Shown here piece after piece: positions 11,121-22,042 of a stretch of 64,000 bases of DNA. Location: contig CBDCCK010000002.1 of assembly GCA_965214835.1 (NCBI GenBank), forward strand, positions 480,001-544,000, in the 5' to 3' direction. The first letter of the stretch is position 1. The number at the start of each line of letters is the position of its first letter. The notes beneath the pieces are model-generated. The model searched no databases and had not been told where the DNA came from. It saw only the letters and a program-made list of their open reading frames with translations. This stretch comes from Nitrosopumilaceae archaeon. GTDB taxonomy: Archaea > Thermoproteota > Nitrososphaeria > Nitrososphaerales > Nitrosopumilaceae. A program made the position numbers and the translations under genes.

Positions 11121-12940
11121 TTCATTTCAGAAAAAAATCCATAATCTTCATTGAATAAAAGCTGTCTATCCAAAAGACGATTGATGTTTTCACAGCTTGT
11201 TTCGGGCAATAGCGCACAACCATAACATGCAGAGCCATTCAATCGGGTGTGTAACGGCGCTTCAGTTTTTTCAATAGGGTTATCTTCAGCACACAAAGGA
11301 TCCCGTGAACAGAATTTTGACTTGTTAATTGCCGAACGTAAAATTTTTCCAAATTTTCTGGTTTCACCCTGTCTTACAAGCCCACCCAAGCTTCCATCAG
11401 ACGCAGGAGATGCAGTATACAACAGAATTCCGTTATATTTCTTACCCCGGTAAATTCTCTCTCTTATGGAGGATTCATTGTATCCGGACAAATGAGATAA
11501 TTCTCGAATCAATACATGAGAAAGAGTATGCAGTAACAAGTATCTGGGAAGCAATTCTTCATGTTTTTTCCAATTTCTGTTTTCTGCCCACTTGTGATAT
11601 GCCTGAATTATAGGCTTGCACCTGCTAACTATTTCAGGCTTGCTTTCCCATTCTCTAAGTTTTTCTTCATTCAAACTAAACAAAATTCCCTCACCCTTGT
11701 TTTCAATTGCGGGCAACCAATCGACTTTTCGTTTAGATAGTTTGCAAAAATGAATTTCTTTGTCTTCCTCTTGGGAATAAGGATCGGGAGCATTTCCCCG
11801 TGTGAATCCTCGAATTACTCTAATTTCAGTGATTCTTTTAATTTGTTTAAGGCTGCCAACGTAAGGAGTTAGAAATTCATCCAAATCCACATCATTAATG
11901 TCAAGAAGATCACCTCCGTCAAAATCTGCAGTGTCGCTATCCCTAAGATCAAAAAATTCTTTGTTCCTAATTTGTAATTCCGTGGGATTGCGTCCCAACA
12001 GGTTTTCGCCAGAAAATCTTTTTTTGATTTGTCTTGCTATTTCATCATTGGTGTATTTTCCTTCAGGTTGTCTTAGTGTGGAAAACAATGTTGCTTTTTC
12101 TGCAATTTCTTCAGGAGTGTTCATGTCCAGCATTCCTTTTAACTGATCTTTTTCATCTGAAATTTTTTTTTGGATTGGATGTAGCCATTCAGGAATGTAT
12201 AGTGCACTTATAGTAGACGGATAGTACAGGCTTGAAGATCTTATTTGAACTCCATGTACAGGAGTAGGAACGTGTTCGTCATTTTCACATTTTTCAGTTG
12301 TATTGCCTAACCAAGGTCTAGAACCACTACACGCACCTACAACTCCAGTTAGTCCCTGCTTGGATGTTGCGCCACTGCAGCTTCTTTCTAAACCACAGTC
12401 TTCACAACGGACAACATAATCTCCCAGACCCGCACTTATTCCTCTGGCATAAAATTTCAGTTTAGGATTAGGTTTATTGCATTGTTTTCCTTCTCCGCCT
12501 TCGCTATGTGCCCATTCAATCCATGGAAATTCATCAAGATGTCCTTTCTCACAGGTAATTGCAAATCTAGCAGGATACAATTCACCTCCACAGTTATCGC
12601 ATTTGAAGAAGCGTTTTCCATCAGCAGGGACATCCTTGTGCCTTTGAAGGTTATTGCATTTTGAACAAACGCCCCACTTTGGGAAGGATTTACAAGGAAT
12701 TGTTTGCATTTTTTCTACAGACGTTGGCATTAAGAATTTGTCAACTTTTTGTACCAATTCAAGATAGGGATGATGTAATGTTTTAGAGAATTTTTCAAAG
12801 TCACCCCAATAGTTTAATCCCATTACCAGTACAGAATCATGTTCAAGTTGTACAATGGAGCCAGGACCAAAAGTAGCTGTTAACTGACTAGGTCTTAGAC
12901 TACCTGGGCTTTCTCGGAATTTTTTTGGTTGGTCAAACAT
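11117..12940 (-). CDS. drmB: DUF1998-domain protein, DISARM DrmB-like
   Basis: RPSQL..TFGPG, CEKGHLDEFPW, LLHTLSH, GSLGGL, CSRDPLC and ACYGCALLPETSCE motifs. Confidence 0.88.
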   Translation of the reverse strand: MFDQPKKFRESPGSLRPSQLTATFGPGSIVQLEHDSVLVMGLNYWGDFEKFSKTLHHPYLELVQKVDKFLMPTSVEKMQTIPCKSFPKWGVCSKCNNLQRHKDVPADGKRFFKCDNCGGELYPARFAITCEKGHLDEFPWIEWAHSEGGEGKQCNKPNPKLKFYARGISAGLGDYVVRCEDCGLERSCSGATSKQGLTGVVGACSGSRPWLGNTTEKCENDEHVPTPVHGVQIRSSSLYYPSTISALYIPEWLHPIQKKISDEKDQLKGMLDMNTPEEIAEKATLFSTLRQPEGKYTNDEIARQIKKRFSGENLLGRNPTELQIRNKEFFDLRDSDTADFDGGDLLDINDVDLDEFLTPYVGSLKQIKRITEIRVIRGFTRGNAPDPYSQEEDKEIHFCKLSKRKVDWLPAIENKGEGILFSLNEEKLREWESKPEIVSRCKPIIQAYHKWAENRNWKKHEELLPRYLLLHTLSHVLIRELSHLSGYNESSIRERIYRGKKYNGILLYTASPASDGSLGGLVRQGETRKFGKILRSAINKSKFCSRDPLCAEDNPIEKTEAPLHTRLNGSACYGCALLPETSCENINRLLDRQLLFNEDYGFFSEMK

Positions 12941-15900
12941 CTTTTTCTTCTATGGACGAAACATATCTCAATAGTGTGCTTTGCTCAGCATCACGCAATG
13001 AATTTGGAATGGGAACAAGTCCCTCATAGTATGATTCAACAGAGCCTAGAAGAAAATTCATGTTTTCTTCGCGTTTGTAAGGGTTTTTTCTATAGCGTAA
13101 AGGTTTGTATTGAATTGCACTTTCATGCCATTCAGTAATTAACTTATCAAAATCTTCCAGAGTGCTTTCACGTTCTCCATGATCTACAGAATCTACTCGT
13201 TCGGCAAGTTCGTTTCTGATATTTTTCAATAATTTTTCAATATCAAATTTTTTCTTATCAAATGTTCCAGCTTTGTCATCTTTTGACATATTTTTTTCTA
13301 ATAGCCTTACTAAGGCAACTATAATTCCGAACAGAGCTTTATCTCTTGCGCGAGGTGCAAAGGGAGTTAGACTTACAGGCTCAACATTCTTATGAAAAGT
13401 TGTGTGATAATAATGGAAATTTTCATAGTGAGAAAGGTCCCTTGGTTTCAAGTAATTATAGATCGTAAAGATTAATCCTGGTGAGTCTCTTCCAATCCTT
13501 CCAGATGCCTGAATGTATTCAGAATGGTTTTTTGGTTGGCCGTTGATAATCATCACACCAAGTCTTGAAATATCAACACCTACCGATAGCATGTTTGTAG
13601 AAAGCAAAAGATCAACGGGCTTTTGGTTAGAGCCCAACTTTACATCGAGACTCTGAAGGATTTTTGGAATGTTTCCTGAGTCTACCCTGCTTGTCAATTC
13701 CTCCTTGAATGCGGATTGGAACGATTCTTTTTTCGTGTCCTTGTCATAGTTGTTGTAAATTCTTTTGATATAACCCGGCACGGAATCGTCATACATTTTG
13801 TCAGCTCCGCCTAATTCACGAATACTATTGAAATAAGATACCAGAGTGTGGTATGGGTCAATATCGCTATCAGTAAATCCGTTCTCTTCTTGATTTGTTT
13901 TCAAGGAGCGGGTTTTTTGAAGAATTGCTGCAGAGACTCCTCCCAAGATGGTGAGTCCGCTTTTTGCAGTAGAACAAATGCCCACATACAACTTGCCTGG
14001 ATCCTCACTTAACGGCACTTCATTAGCAAAAAAGGAATTTCCGAAATCAAAACCCTGAGGTGGAAAAATGTTGCTTTGCTCTCTGTTAAACAAGTCTTTA
14101 ATTTGCTCGCGGGCTTTTCTAGTTGTTGCAGTGGATGTAATAATTTTTGGCTTAACACCATCTTCGTTTGTACATAAAATATCAATCGCTGTTTCATAAA
14201 GACCAGTAAGAGTGCCTAATGGTCCAGATATCAAATGCAGTTCATCCTGAATGATAAGCTCAGGAGGTTCAAGGAATTCTGCACCATGATCAGAGAATAG
14301 TTTTGTTTTGTAATCTTTATGTTTCCCGCAATGCGGAGTAATACCATCTAAAACAAACCCATGTTTTTCACATTGTTTATTGACACGTCCAAATATTGCA
14401 CCGGTTTGCCATTTCCATGCAATCTGTGCAAACTTGTCTACTGTTCCAATTATCAATGAGGGACATCTTTTGTAAATATCTTCGTCTACAACCAGGACAG
14501 GAATGTTATGATCATTGTTTCCTTTGTCATAAAATGAGCAATTAGAATTAGAACAGAATATTCTGAGTTGTTTTGGCAGTCCACCAATCTTGTAGGTGGA
14601 CTTTAGCAGGTAGGGATTACTTTCATCATATAGTTTATCACCACACCATGGACATGAAATTAGTTGGATTGGGTTGTGTTCCTTTGGTTTGTATCCTTGT
14701 TTTGCTTTTTCAATTGCTTCTTCGGCACTCGACTCACCTTCTAGTGAATTAGGAGTGGTGTTTAATCCAACCCACAAACCAACTGAAAATGGCTCAGCCC
14801 CCCACTTTTTCTCATCTATTCTTCGTATAATTTCACATGCACACATCAGGGTTGCAGCTCTCTGAAACTGTTGAAGAGTCAACAATCTCAAAGTATATCT
14901 CATCAAAACAGCAGTGCCGTATTTTCGAAATTTTGGATTTTCAATACGTAATCTTCTGTGTGCTAGTGTGAATGCAATTATTCCTAAATAGGCTTCAGTT
15001 TTGCCTCCGCCTGTAGGGAACCATAGGAGATCTGCAATTTCGCGTTCTTCATCTTTAGGATCAGTGATGGATTTTATGTTTGCAAGTGCAAAAACAAGTT
15101 GAAATGGCCTCCAATATCCAGAAAGTTGTTTTGGTCCTGTACCGTCAACCTTTCCATTTTTCCTATTTTCCATGGCCCAAAATCCATAGGATCTTTGAAG
15201 AAGCATAGCCCTGTTTGCAAATGAGAATGATTCGCCAGCAATTTTGTCCTTTGAAATAATATCAATGCCATTTTGAATTCGTTGGACAGCATTTTTGCAT
15301 TCTTCAATTTGGTTTAAAGCAGCATCTTTTTGGGAATCAGGAATTTGTTCCAGCTTATCTTCAAGTTCAGTTTTAATCCAATTACGATATTGCTGAACAA
15401 GAGGCTTGATTAATTCAGAATATTCAGATATGTCTTTTACTTTGAATAATTTTTCCATAGAAAGGCATTCAAGATCGGATTTCATCGGTTCAATTTTAGG
15501 GAGAGTTGTTTTTGGAACAAAAGTTGTTTCTAATTTACTAACTTTGTTGTTTTCGATGTCCTTGTCATTCCACATTACCGAGCATCCATGTCCAATGGAA
15601 AAGCTTTGTTTGTTTCTAAACATTAGATCAAATATTTTTTCTTCTAAATCTTTGTTAGAATTGTCAGAATCAGAACTAGTGTTAACAAATATTTTTTCTC
15701 CATCTTGCTTAGAGTGAATTTTAATTTTCGGTTGAAAGATGCAGGCTTCTGCAGGAACTGATTCCTGAGACCTGTGATCAAAGTCATTAATCACAAATAT
15801 GCTAACGATGAATTTTTTTCCGTGTTTTTTTACGGAATATTGAAGTTTAAAATCAGATTTGCTTGCAAAAGGTATTGTTTCTTTTTTTGAGTCAACCATA

Positions 15901-16325
15901 GGAATAGAGAAGAGTTCAGAGTGAGAAGTTCTTTGATAACCGTTCTTAGACTTCTGGCCAACTTTAACTTCCTGAGAAGAATATGAACCATACTCAACAT
16001 CAGCTATAATTTCGGATGCATTACTATCAACAGAAAAAGTCAATCCAAACGAAGAAGGTTTTATGCCTGTATTGATTGTAAGTGGGTCATCAAATGAATT
16101 ATCCCCATCACCACCATCAATGACGGTATAATTTTGTTCATCATCTTCTCTGCTTATGGGAGTCTCTTTAGGAAATAATATTCCAGCAAGATATTCTTGT
16201 GTGGGATGTCCTAAAAGTACTTCATCCATGCCGCCTCTAGGTCCTACAATACTGACTTCAACTGCCTGTAAGACCCTAGAACGAACATCATTTTTTTTAT
16301 CCAATAAAGATGGTGTCAGATTCAT
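12933..16325 (-). CDS. drmA: SF2 helicase, DISARM DrmA-like
   Basis: WRPFQL, WFPTGGGKTEAY, RYTLRLLT, QDELHLI, SVGVDI and QASGRIGR motifs. Confidence 0.88.
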   Translation of the reverse strand: MNLTPSLLDKKNDVRSRVLQAVEVSIVGPRGGMDEVLLGHPTQEYLAGILFPKETPISREDDEQNYTVIDGGDGDNSFDDPLTINTGIKPSSFGLTFSVDSNASEIIADVEYGSYSSQEVKVGQKSKNGYQRTSHSELFSIPMVDSKKETIPFASKSDFKLQYSVKKHGKKFIVSIFVINDFDHRSQESVPAEACIFQPKIKIHSKQDGEKIFVNTSSDSDNSNKDLEEKIFDLMFRNKQSFSIGHGCSVMWNDKDIENNKVSKLETTFVPKTTLPKIEPMKSDLECLSMEKLFKVKDISEYSELIKPLVQQYRNWIKTELEDKLEQIPDSQKDAALNQIEECKNAVQRIQNGIDIISKDKIAGESFSFANRAMLLQRSYGFWAMENRKNGKVDGTGPKQLSGYWRPFQLVFALANIKSITDPKDEEREIADLLWFPTGGGKTEAYLGIIAFTLAHRRLRIENPKFRKYGTAVLMRYTLRLLTLQQFQRAATLMCACEIIRRIDEKKWGAEPFSVGLWVGLNTTPNSLEGESSAEEAIEKAKQGYKPKEHNPIQLISCPWCGDKLYDESNPYLLKSTYKIGGLPKQLRIFCSNSNCSFYDKGNNDHNIPVLVVDEDIYKRCPSLIIGTVDKFAQIAWKWQTGAIFGRVNKQCEKHGFVLDGITPHCGKHKDYKTKLFSDHGAEFLEPPELIIQDELHLISGPLGTLTGLYETAIDILCTNEDGVKPKIITSTATTRKAREQIKDLFNREQSNIFPPQGFDFGNSFFANEVPLSEDPGKLYVGICSTAKSGLTILGGVSAAILQKTRSLKTNQEENGFTDSDIDPYHTLVSYFNSIRELGGADKMYDDSVPGYIKRIYNNYDKDTKKESFQSAFKEELTSRVDSGNIPKILQSLDVKLGSNQKPVDLLLSTNMLSVGVDISRLGVMIINGQPKNHSEYIQASGRIGRDSPGLIFTIYNYLKPRDLSHYENFHYYHTTFHKNVEPVSLTPFAPRARDKALFGIIVALVRLLEKNMSKDDKAGTFDKKKFDIEKLLKNIRNELAERVDSVDHGERESTLEDFDKLITEWHESAIQYKPLRYRKNPYKREENMNFLLGSVESYYEGLVPIPNSLRDAEQSTLLRYVSSIEEKDV

Positions 16326-16348
16326 AAATAAAAATTAGATCATGAGGC

Positions 16349-16470
16349 CAGCCTTCCCAGAAGTACCGCATCAAATCATCCCAAGCTCGAAACAATTCAG
16401 ATGAGGTTTGCCTGCAGATCCGCATGTCGCCTCCTGCACCGCCACGAATCGGTTACTTCTAGGAAGACTG
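16349..16470. mobile_element. MITE family B (about 121 bp, TIR CAGTCTTCCCAGAAGTA)
   Basis: TIRs plus 5-bp target duplication GAGGC. Sits 23 bp upstream of the drmA start. Confidence 0.9.
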
Positions 16471-16510
16471 GAGGCATTCAAAATTTGATCCCGATGAATA
16501 AATGCTAGAT

Positions 16511-17353
16511 TTATTCTTTGATTTCGGAAAATGATTCTTGTTTGGCGTTTTTAATTTCAGATGGATTTGATAAAACTAGATTTCCTACTGAGTTGTAAGC
16601 GTTTGAAAGATCCTTAATTTGCAAAATAAGTTCTTGTTCACGATTATTTTTATCAGTGTACTGGATTAGTAAATGAGGTAATGAAATCGTACTTCGTAAT
16701 CCAATTGTCATTATTTTTTTTCGCTTACAATATTCTTCATAATTGATGATTTGATAGTTTTTTACATTAGATGCAAGAATGGTTTCTAAGTTAGGGAATT
16801 CTTTTGTACCATAAACAATCCTATGGGTGTTATCAAAATTTTGAATAGAAATCTTGCCTTTTACTTTTTCTTTTTTACGAAGCTGTCCTTGTTTATAGAA
16901 TGCTGGATATTCTGTAACATTTACTTTAACATATTGAAAACAATTTTTGCAAAGACTGCCTTGAATTCCCCATGATTTTTCAGGTTTATTTTTTTTAAAT
17001 CCCAATTTGTTTTCACATCGCGTACAAAATTTTCCACCTGCAAGTTTGAATTTAGACGATTCAATTTTGTTTTTAGCCTTAGTTTGATAGTTTTCTTTGG
17101 CAGAAGCAATTTTTCCTTTTACTTCACATATGTTTTCAGAAAAATCAAATTTTGGATTTTTCTCATTAATGTGGGGATTGTTAATAATTTCTTGGTAAAG
17201 ATCGGTAATATAATTACGGTCTCTTGGTTGAAGAGATTTACCTAAATCGGCTATAATTTTATGATAAAAATCGAGTTTTTTTGGATCCCCAATTCCAGCC
17301 TTTTTAATTGACTTGATCATTTCAAGTAAATCCAAGTCATTAACCATAAACAT
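16511..17353 (-). CDS. Hypothetical protein with Zn ribbon
   Basis: 280-aa AT-rich ORF with CTRC...CKNC, co-oriented with drmA. Confidence 0.65.
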   Translation of the reverse strand: MFMVNDLDLLEMIKSIKKAGIGDPKKLDFYHKIIADLGKSLQPRDRNYITDLYQEIINNPHINEKNPKFDFSENICEVKGKIASAKENYQTKAKNKIESSKFKLAGGKFCTRCENKLGFKKNKPEKSWGIQGSLCKNCFQYVKVNVTEYPAFYKQGQLRKKEKVKGKISIQNFDNTHRIVYGTKEFPNLETILASNVKNYQIINYEEYCKRKKIMTIGLRSTISLPHLLIQYTDKNNREQELILQIKDLSNAYNSVGNLVLSNPSEIKNAKQESFSEIKE

Positions 17354-17390
17354 ATTTTGAATAAGGCCCTATTGAAGTTTTTTGTATATG

Positions 17391-17617
17391 CAGCCTTCCC
17401 AGAAGTACGTGACTCATGACTGTGCAGATGGCGGCGGGCGAATCTGTAGGCATCATAATTTAATTTGTATGAGGTCACCTGCCCCTGCCAATCAGGCACG
17501 AATTGACATCTATGACTATGATTTTCACGCCTAGTCAACAGGGGGACGTGACCTCATACTTTAATTTAATTTGTTTCAAATCCGGGGCCGTTTTCTGGGT
17601 TACTTCTGGGAAGACTG
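17391..17617. mobile_element. MITE family B carrying a nested family C MITE (17467..17559, TIR GTATGAGGTCAC)
   Basis: Outer TIRs as at 16349. The related copy at 19324 lacks the insert. Confidence 0.85.
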
Positions 17618-17799
17618 AGGATGCAGACCACGTTATAGGCTACGGTCGCGTATACGGGATAATGAAGGAGCTGGGACTCGTTACTGCATCCAATGCCAAG
17701 TCACGTCAAAAGAAATGGCTTCGGTACGAGCGCATCTATTCTAATGCCATGTAGCATGTGGGCTGGCACGAGATGAAGGATCCCAGGTTCAGGGGGATC
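17618..17799 (+). pseudogene. IS481/integrase-core (rve) transposase fragment
   Basis: RVYGIMKELGL...KKWLRYERIYSNAM*HVGWH with an internal stop. Bounded by a MITE and an IS5 element. Confidence 0.55.
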
Positions 17800-17801
17800 T
17801 A

Positions 17802-19156
17802 GCCTGTTGCATAACTCCGACTAGAGCCCAACCAATCCTTCCGGATCACTACCGGCGCCCGGTTCCTACATCAGTACTTCCTAGGTGTGCTTTTGCAGAC
17901 CAGGCACGGCATAGCCGCTAATTTCGTTTACGCAGAAGGTCTTCTCCAAATTACGTAATTACCGTGCCTGTAAAAGTACATCTAGGAAGTACTGACATGG
18001 CAGCCACCGCCTCTGCGATCCACTTGTTGTACAGCCATATCCTCAACTTTACCTCCTGCACTATGTTGGATCACCTGAGGGCCTTTACGTCCTCGCCGAA
18101 CATGCACTTTATGGCCGATATCACGATCTCGACGATCCATCTACTGCCAAAGCCGACCGTGCTCTTCGGGTACCGCAGGTTCTCCTGCCTCTCCTCCCTT
18201 GACAGGTTGCCCACCGGCACCTTGGATCCGCCCCCGAGCTGCCATCGCACCAGCCGGCCACTTGTCGCCGCTGCCCTTGCCCCTAGCATTACAGCTTGTC
18301 AAGAGCCGTATGAGTGGCCTTACGCCGCGCTTGTGGCACTCGGCTACGTTCTTCCTTGAACCGTATCCGCCGTCTGCAAGCAGAATCTTGTCCGGTGTAT
18401 TCTGGTCCTCGCCGGTGCCGAGTATATCCAGCGGTGATCTTCCGTCTGCAAGCATGCGGGGGATCTTGACCGTATCCGCGCTGCCAGGGCAGTCCTGCTG
18501 CTCTTCATTCTTGATGCTCCTGGCCGCCGCCTCAAGCAGCGTAGGCAGCTCCGTGCTGTCGCCGACTGCCTCGCTTGTAACGGACACTGCCAGCACCTGC
18601 TTGGTGTCTGCGTCTACCATCAGGTGCATCTTGACGAACCCGCGCCCTACCTTCCATTTCTTGCGTATCCACTCGCCTCGGTTGTGCTGCCGGGGCCGTG
18701 GCATCTTGCTATCATGACCAGGTTGTTGGACTTGTCGCGCACGGTAATTATGTGCTCTGCAATGTCGACGTCAAGCTTCTGCATCCTCCTGAATATCGTG
18801 GTGTAGCACAGCGAGTCCATACCCCTTGGCATTTCCCCGAACATGCCTGACAGCCAGCCTGTACGGTATCATAAATGCGGTCCTGAGGGCGGCCGCGGCC
18901 ATTATCATGCCTTCTGCATACAGGAAGTGGGCGCCCCCCTTGTGGCGGTTGGCATCCTTGAGATCCTTCTCCCAGCCGGGGTCGTACCTAACAGCCAGGC
19001 CTGCCCCCCTCTCTACGCACTTTGCATTGTCCGTACGTGTCAACTGATACCATGCAAGACATCCTCATGATCCATTACTTTCTCGGCCAAGTTTCGTTGA
19101 TCATCATAGTGATCTTCGGTCAAATTTCAAATTTCAGACAGGGCTATGCAACAAGC
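17802..19156 (-). mobile_element. IS5-family element, frameshifted transposase pseudogene
   Basis: TIRs GCCTGTTGCATA / TATGCAACAAGC flanked by TA. Homologous to 1..1138 and split across several frames. Confidence 0.88.
17872..17994. mobile_element. 123-bp MITE derived from the ISH3-like element at 3413
   Basis: Same TIR and ACAT duplication. The empty site is visible in IS5 copy 1. Confidence 0.9.
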
Positions 19157-19167
19157 TATGGCGTATA

Positions 19168-19243
19168 GTCTGTTGCACAACCTCGATTTTAGGTACAAAA
19201 GACTGGTTGTTTTTGCGCGTTCAGGCACGGTTGTGCAACAAGC
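19168..19243. mobile_element. 76-bp IS5-type MITE
   Basis: TIRs TGTTGCACAACC / GGTTGTGCAACA, flanked by TA. Confidence 0.8.
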
Positions 19244-19246
19244 TAT

Positions 19247-19265
19247 GGCGCGACATACCATTATA
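19247..19265 (+). repeat. att-like core copy (GGCGCGACATACCATTATA)
   Basis: 18 of 19 bases match the 48768 motif. Confidence 0.7.
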
Positions 19266-19323
19266 CTTACATCCACTGTGGCTCCGCACATAGACGGCGG
19301 AAGGAAATCTGGGTGCCGACAAT

Positions 19324-19570
19324 CAATCTTCCCAGAAGTAACCCAGAAAGCGGCCACGGATTTGAGACAAATCAAATTATGATGCCTGCAGATTCGCCCA
19401 CCACCATCTGCACAGTCATGAATCACGTACTTCGAGGAAGACTGACAGTCAGTCTTCCCAGAAGTAACCGACTCGTGTAGGTGTAGGCGACCATGTGCAG
19501 ATCTGTAGGAGGCTTTGCTTGAACTGCTTCGAGTTTGAAGTCACTTGATGGGTTACTTCTGGGAAGACTG
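19324..19570. mobile_element. Two adjacent family B MITEs (19324..19444 and 19450..19570)
   Basis: Each is bounded by CA(G/A)TCTTCCCAGAAGTA and its inverse. Confidence 0.85.
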
Positions 19571-19711
19571 GACAGTATACCTTCTTTTTTATACAGTTCA
19601 AGATCACATTATCAAACGAGAAATAGCAAGTTGTGCTTTTGTTAGCCGTTTACCAAATGGCAACCTTGGGAGCTTCACTAAGATTAAATTACTTGTAGTT
19701 CTTGTGGATAG

Positions 19712-20263
19712 ATGTTGGGCGCAGACGTGCATGATACGATTTATTCGGTATTAGACGCAAATAATGGTACAATAAGGGGAAGGACTGCGATCCAAAAACT
19801 CGTCTACCTTTCCAGCAAGAAGATTCCAGAACTTGATGTGCCACCGTATGTGGCTCACTATTACGGGCCGTTCAGCCCAGGCTTGGGATGGGCGCTAGAG
19901 AAGATGGTGTCGTATTCTTTTTTGTACGAAGCCAGCACTCCGGGATCCATATATGATGGATACACATACGGTCTTACCAATGATGGGCAAGAGATAGTCA
20001 AAAAGACAAAAGAGAAGTACAAGGACATGTTTGGGAAGGTTGCTGAGATAGTCAAGACATGCAGGGACTTTTGTGAATTAAAAACCGCCCCATTATCGTA
20101 TGCATCCAAAATCCACTACCTGTTTTGCTCAGAGCATAAAGACGACATGTCCTTTTCAGATGCAGTGGAATATGCCAGAAAGCTCGGATGGAATGTGTCC
20201 AAAGACGACGTAGAGCAGGGCGCACAGCTCTTGGAACGATTAAATCTTGCCAGAATATCATAA
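19712..20263 (+). CDS. YwgA/Panacea (DUF4065)-like protein, putative antitoxin
   Basis: GRTAIQKLVY...HYYGPFS motif. Overlaps the downstream HD gene. Confidence 0.7.
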   Translation: MLGADVHDTIYSVLDANNGTIRGRTAIQKLVYLSSKKIPELDVPPYVAHYYGPFSPGLGWALEKMVSYSFLYEASTPGSIYDGYTYGLTNDGQEIVKKTKEKYKDMFGKVAEIVKTCRDFCELKTAPLSYASKIHYLFCSEHKDDMSFSDAVEYARKLGWNVSKDDVEQGAQLLERLNLARIS

Positions 20264-21563
20264 CAGCTATTTTCAATTCAAATCTATCAGAGATCCTCTG
20301 TACGGGTTCATAGACTTGTCCGAGTTGGAGATGAAAATAATCGACACTCCCGTGTTCCGTAGAATGCATGGCATAAAGCAACTCTCCCACGCGTATTTGG
20401 TATATCCTACAGCAATCCACACCAGATTTGAGCATTCCTTAGGAGCTACCTACTTGGCAGACCGGGTATCAAAACAGATCGCACTGGATGACGAAGTAAG
20501 GGAGATCGTACGACTGGCATGTCTTTTACACGATATCGGCCACGGTCCATTCTCCCACCTGTTTGAAGAGGTGATGAAAAATGTCAACGGAAAAAGGATC
20601 GACCACGACAGGATCTCAATGATGCTGATAAGGGAGGATCATGACATCTCCTCAATACTGGGCGACAAGGCAGAAAAAGTAGTCAATCTGCTAGATCATA
20701 GGCCGGTATCCGGATTGGATTCAAAGATAAGCTCCCTAGCAGCCGATATAGTCTCCGGCCCCCTGGATGTAGACAAGATGGATTACTTGAGACGCGATTC
20801 GTATCATATCGGTGTGGCCTATGGACAGTTTGACCTCCATCGCATAATTCACACCCTTACCAGCACCAACGATCAGATCGAACAAAAGATTTGCGTAGAC
20901 TCGAAAGGCAAAGATGCCATTGAAAGTTACAGGCTGGGCAGATATCTGATGCATGCGCAAGTCTACAAGCATCACACCCGTCTGATTGGAGACAGGATGT
21001 TCCTTCAGGCCCTAGACCTGGCAGTGAACGAGGAGAACATCATACCAAAGGACGCACTGTGCACTGACACGGATCTTAGCAAGTCCCACAAGGAGTTTCT
21101 GAGTTTTTACACATGCCTGGACGATCGCGGACTGTACGACCGTATTCTAGGCAGAGAGAAAAGCAGGGCGGCCCAGATCCTAAAGCGGATACAACGCAGG
21201 AGGCTTCTCAAAAAGGCCATAGAATCTCTGCCCGACAAGGAAATACCCAACGCACAAACACGTGACCGCATATCTAGGATGAGTGAAGACGACATGCAGT
21301 CACTAGCTGATAACATTGCAAAGGATGCAGGCATCGAGAGACACAATGTAATTGTCCACTCTTCAGAAATACCGGTAAATCTTTACGAGGGAGAGATCAT
21401 GATCATGTGGAAGGGGACTCCGAGAAAACTGGACGAATTTTCCCCCATTAGCACCAGCAAATCCACCATCAACAAGTTCTATGTCTTCGGTCCTGACGAT
21501 GAGGCATCCCAACAGAAAATCAGGGAATGCGTAAAAGATCGATTTGGTACATACATTGACTGA
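20247..21563 (+). CDS. HD-domain phosphohydrolase, SAMHD1/YwfO-like dNTPase family
   Basis: RDPLYG, HTRFEHSLG, LLHDIGHGPFSH, DVDKMDYLRRD and VYKH motifs. Confidence 0.9.
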   Translation: MPEYHNSYFQFKSIRDPLYGFIDLSELEMKIIDTPVFRRMHGIKQLSHAYLVYPTAIHTRFEHSLGATYLADRVSKQIALDDEVREIVRLACLLHDIGHGPFSHLFEEVMKNVNGKRIDHDRISMMLIREDHDISSILGDKAEKVVNLLDHRPVSGLDSKISSLAADIVSGPLDVDKMDYLRRDSYHIGVAYGQFDLHRIIHTLTSTNDQIEQKICVDSKGKDAIESYRLGRYLMHAQVYKHHTRLIGDRMFLQALDLAVNEENIIPKDALCTDTDLSKSHKEFLSFYTCLDDRGLYDRILGREKSRAAQILKRIQRRRLLKKAIESLPDKEIPNAQTRDRISRMSEDDMQSLADNIAKDAGIERHNVIVHSSEIPVNLYEGEIMIMWKGTPRKLDEFSPISTSKSTINKFYVFGPDDEASQQKIRECVKDRFGTYID

Positions 21564-21580
21564 CAAGATACCCCCCCCCC

Positions 21581-21791
21581 GTATGAATTCACCTGTACGT
21601 GAAAATACCAAAAATTACACACAGATTCCAACTCTTTAATTAAATTCAGGCAGGACAGGCGAATTCATACTACGTGTCGGCCCAGCTAAGTGAAATGCGC
21701 CAAGAAATCGAGTAAAAACAGAAACCGGGTAGAAGGCACGACGCCTCAGTAACAAGGCAAAAACAAACCCCATTCACATTTCACTTAGCTG
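21581..21791. mobile_element. Two small MITEs (21581..21670, TIR GTATGAATTC; 21683..21791, TIR CAGCTAAGTGAAATG)
   Basis: Terminal inverted repeats read directly. The second has a near-duplication CGGCC/CGACC. Confidence 0.75.
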
Positions 21792-21799
21792 CGACCCCG

Positions 21800-21972
21800 C
21801 ATACCCTTATACGCGGTACTACAGCGGCGCTGCATACACCGATAACGACAGGAAGCTGCCGGGGTGTTTTCAAACCCCTTTCCTAATTTTTTAGTTTTTG
21901 ATGTCTTCAATATGGCAAGCTGTGAGAAATTATTACTAGACTTTGCGTAAACGAAATTAGCAATTTTGCCCT
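21800..21972 (+). repeat. Partial att core plus conserved roughly 170-bp element left end (copy 1)
   Basis: Aligns along its length with 30437..30612. Confidence 0.8.
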
Positions 21973-22042
21973 ATATAGGCATAAAAGCCCACAGTTACAC
22001 GCAAATTCACACCTATTTGTTTAAGGGAAGATGACCTCGTAC

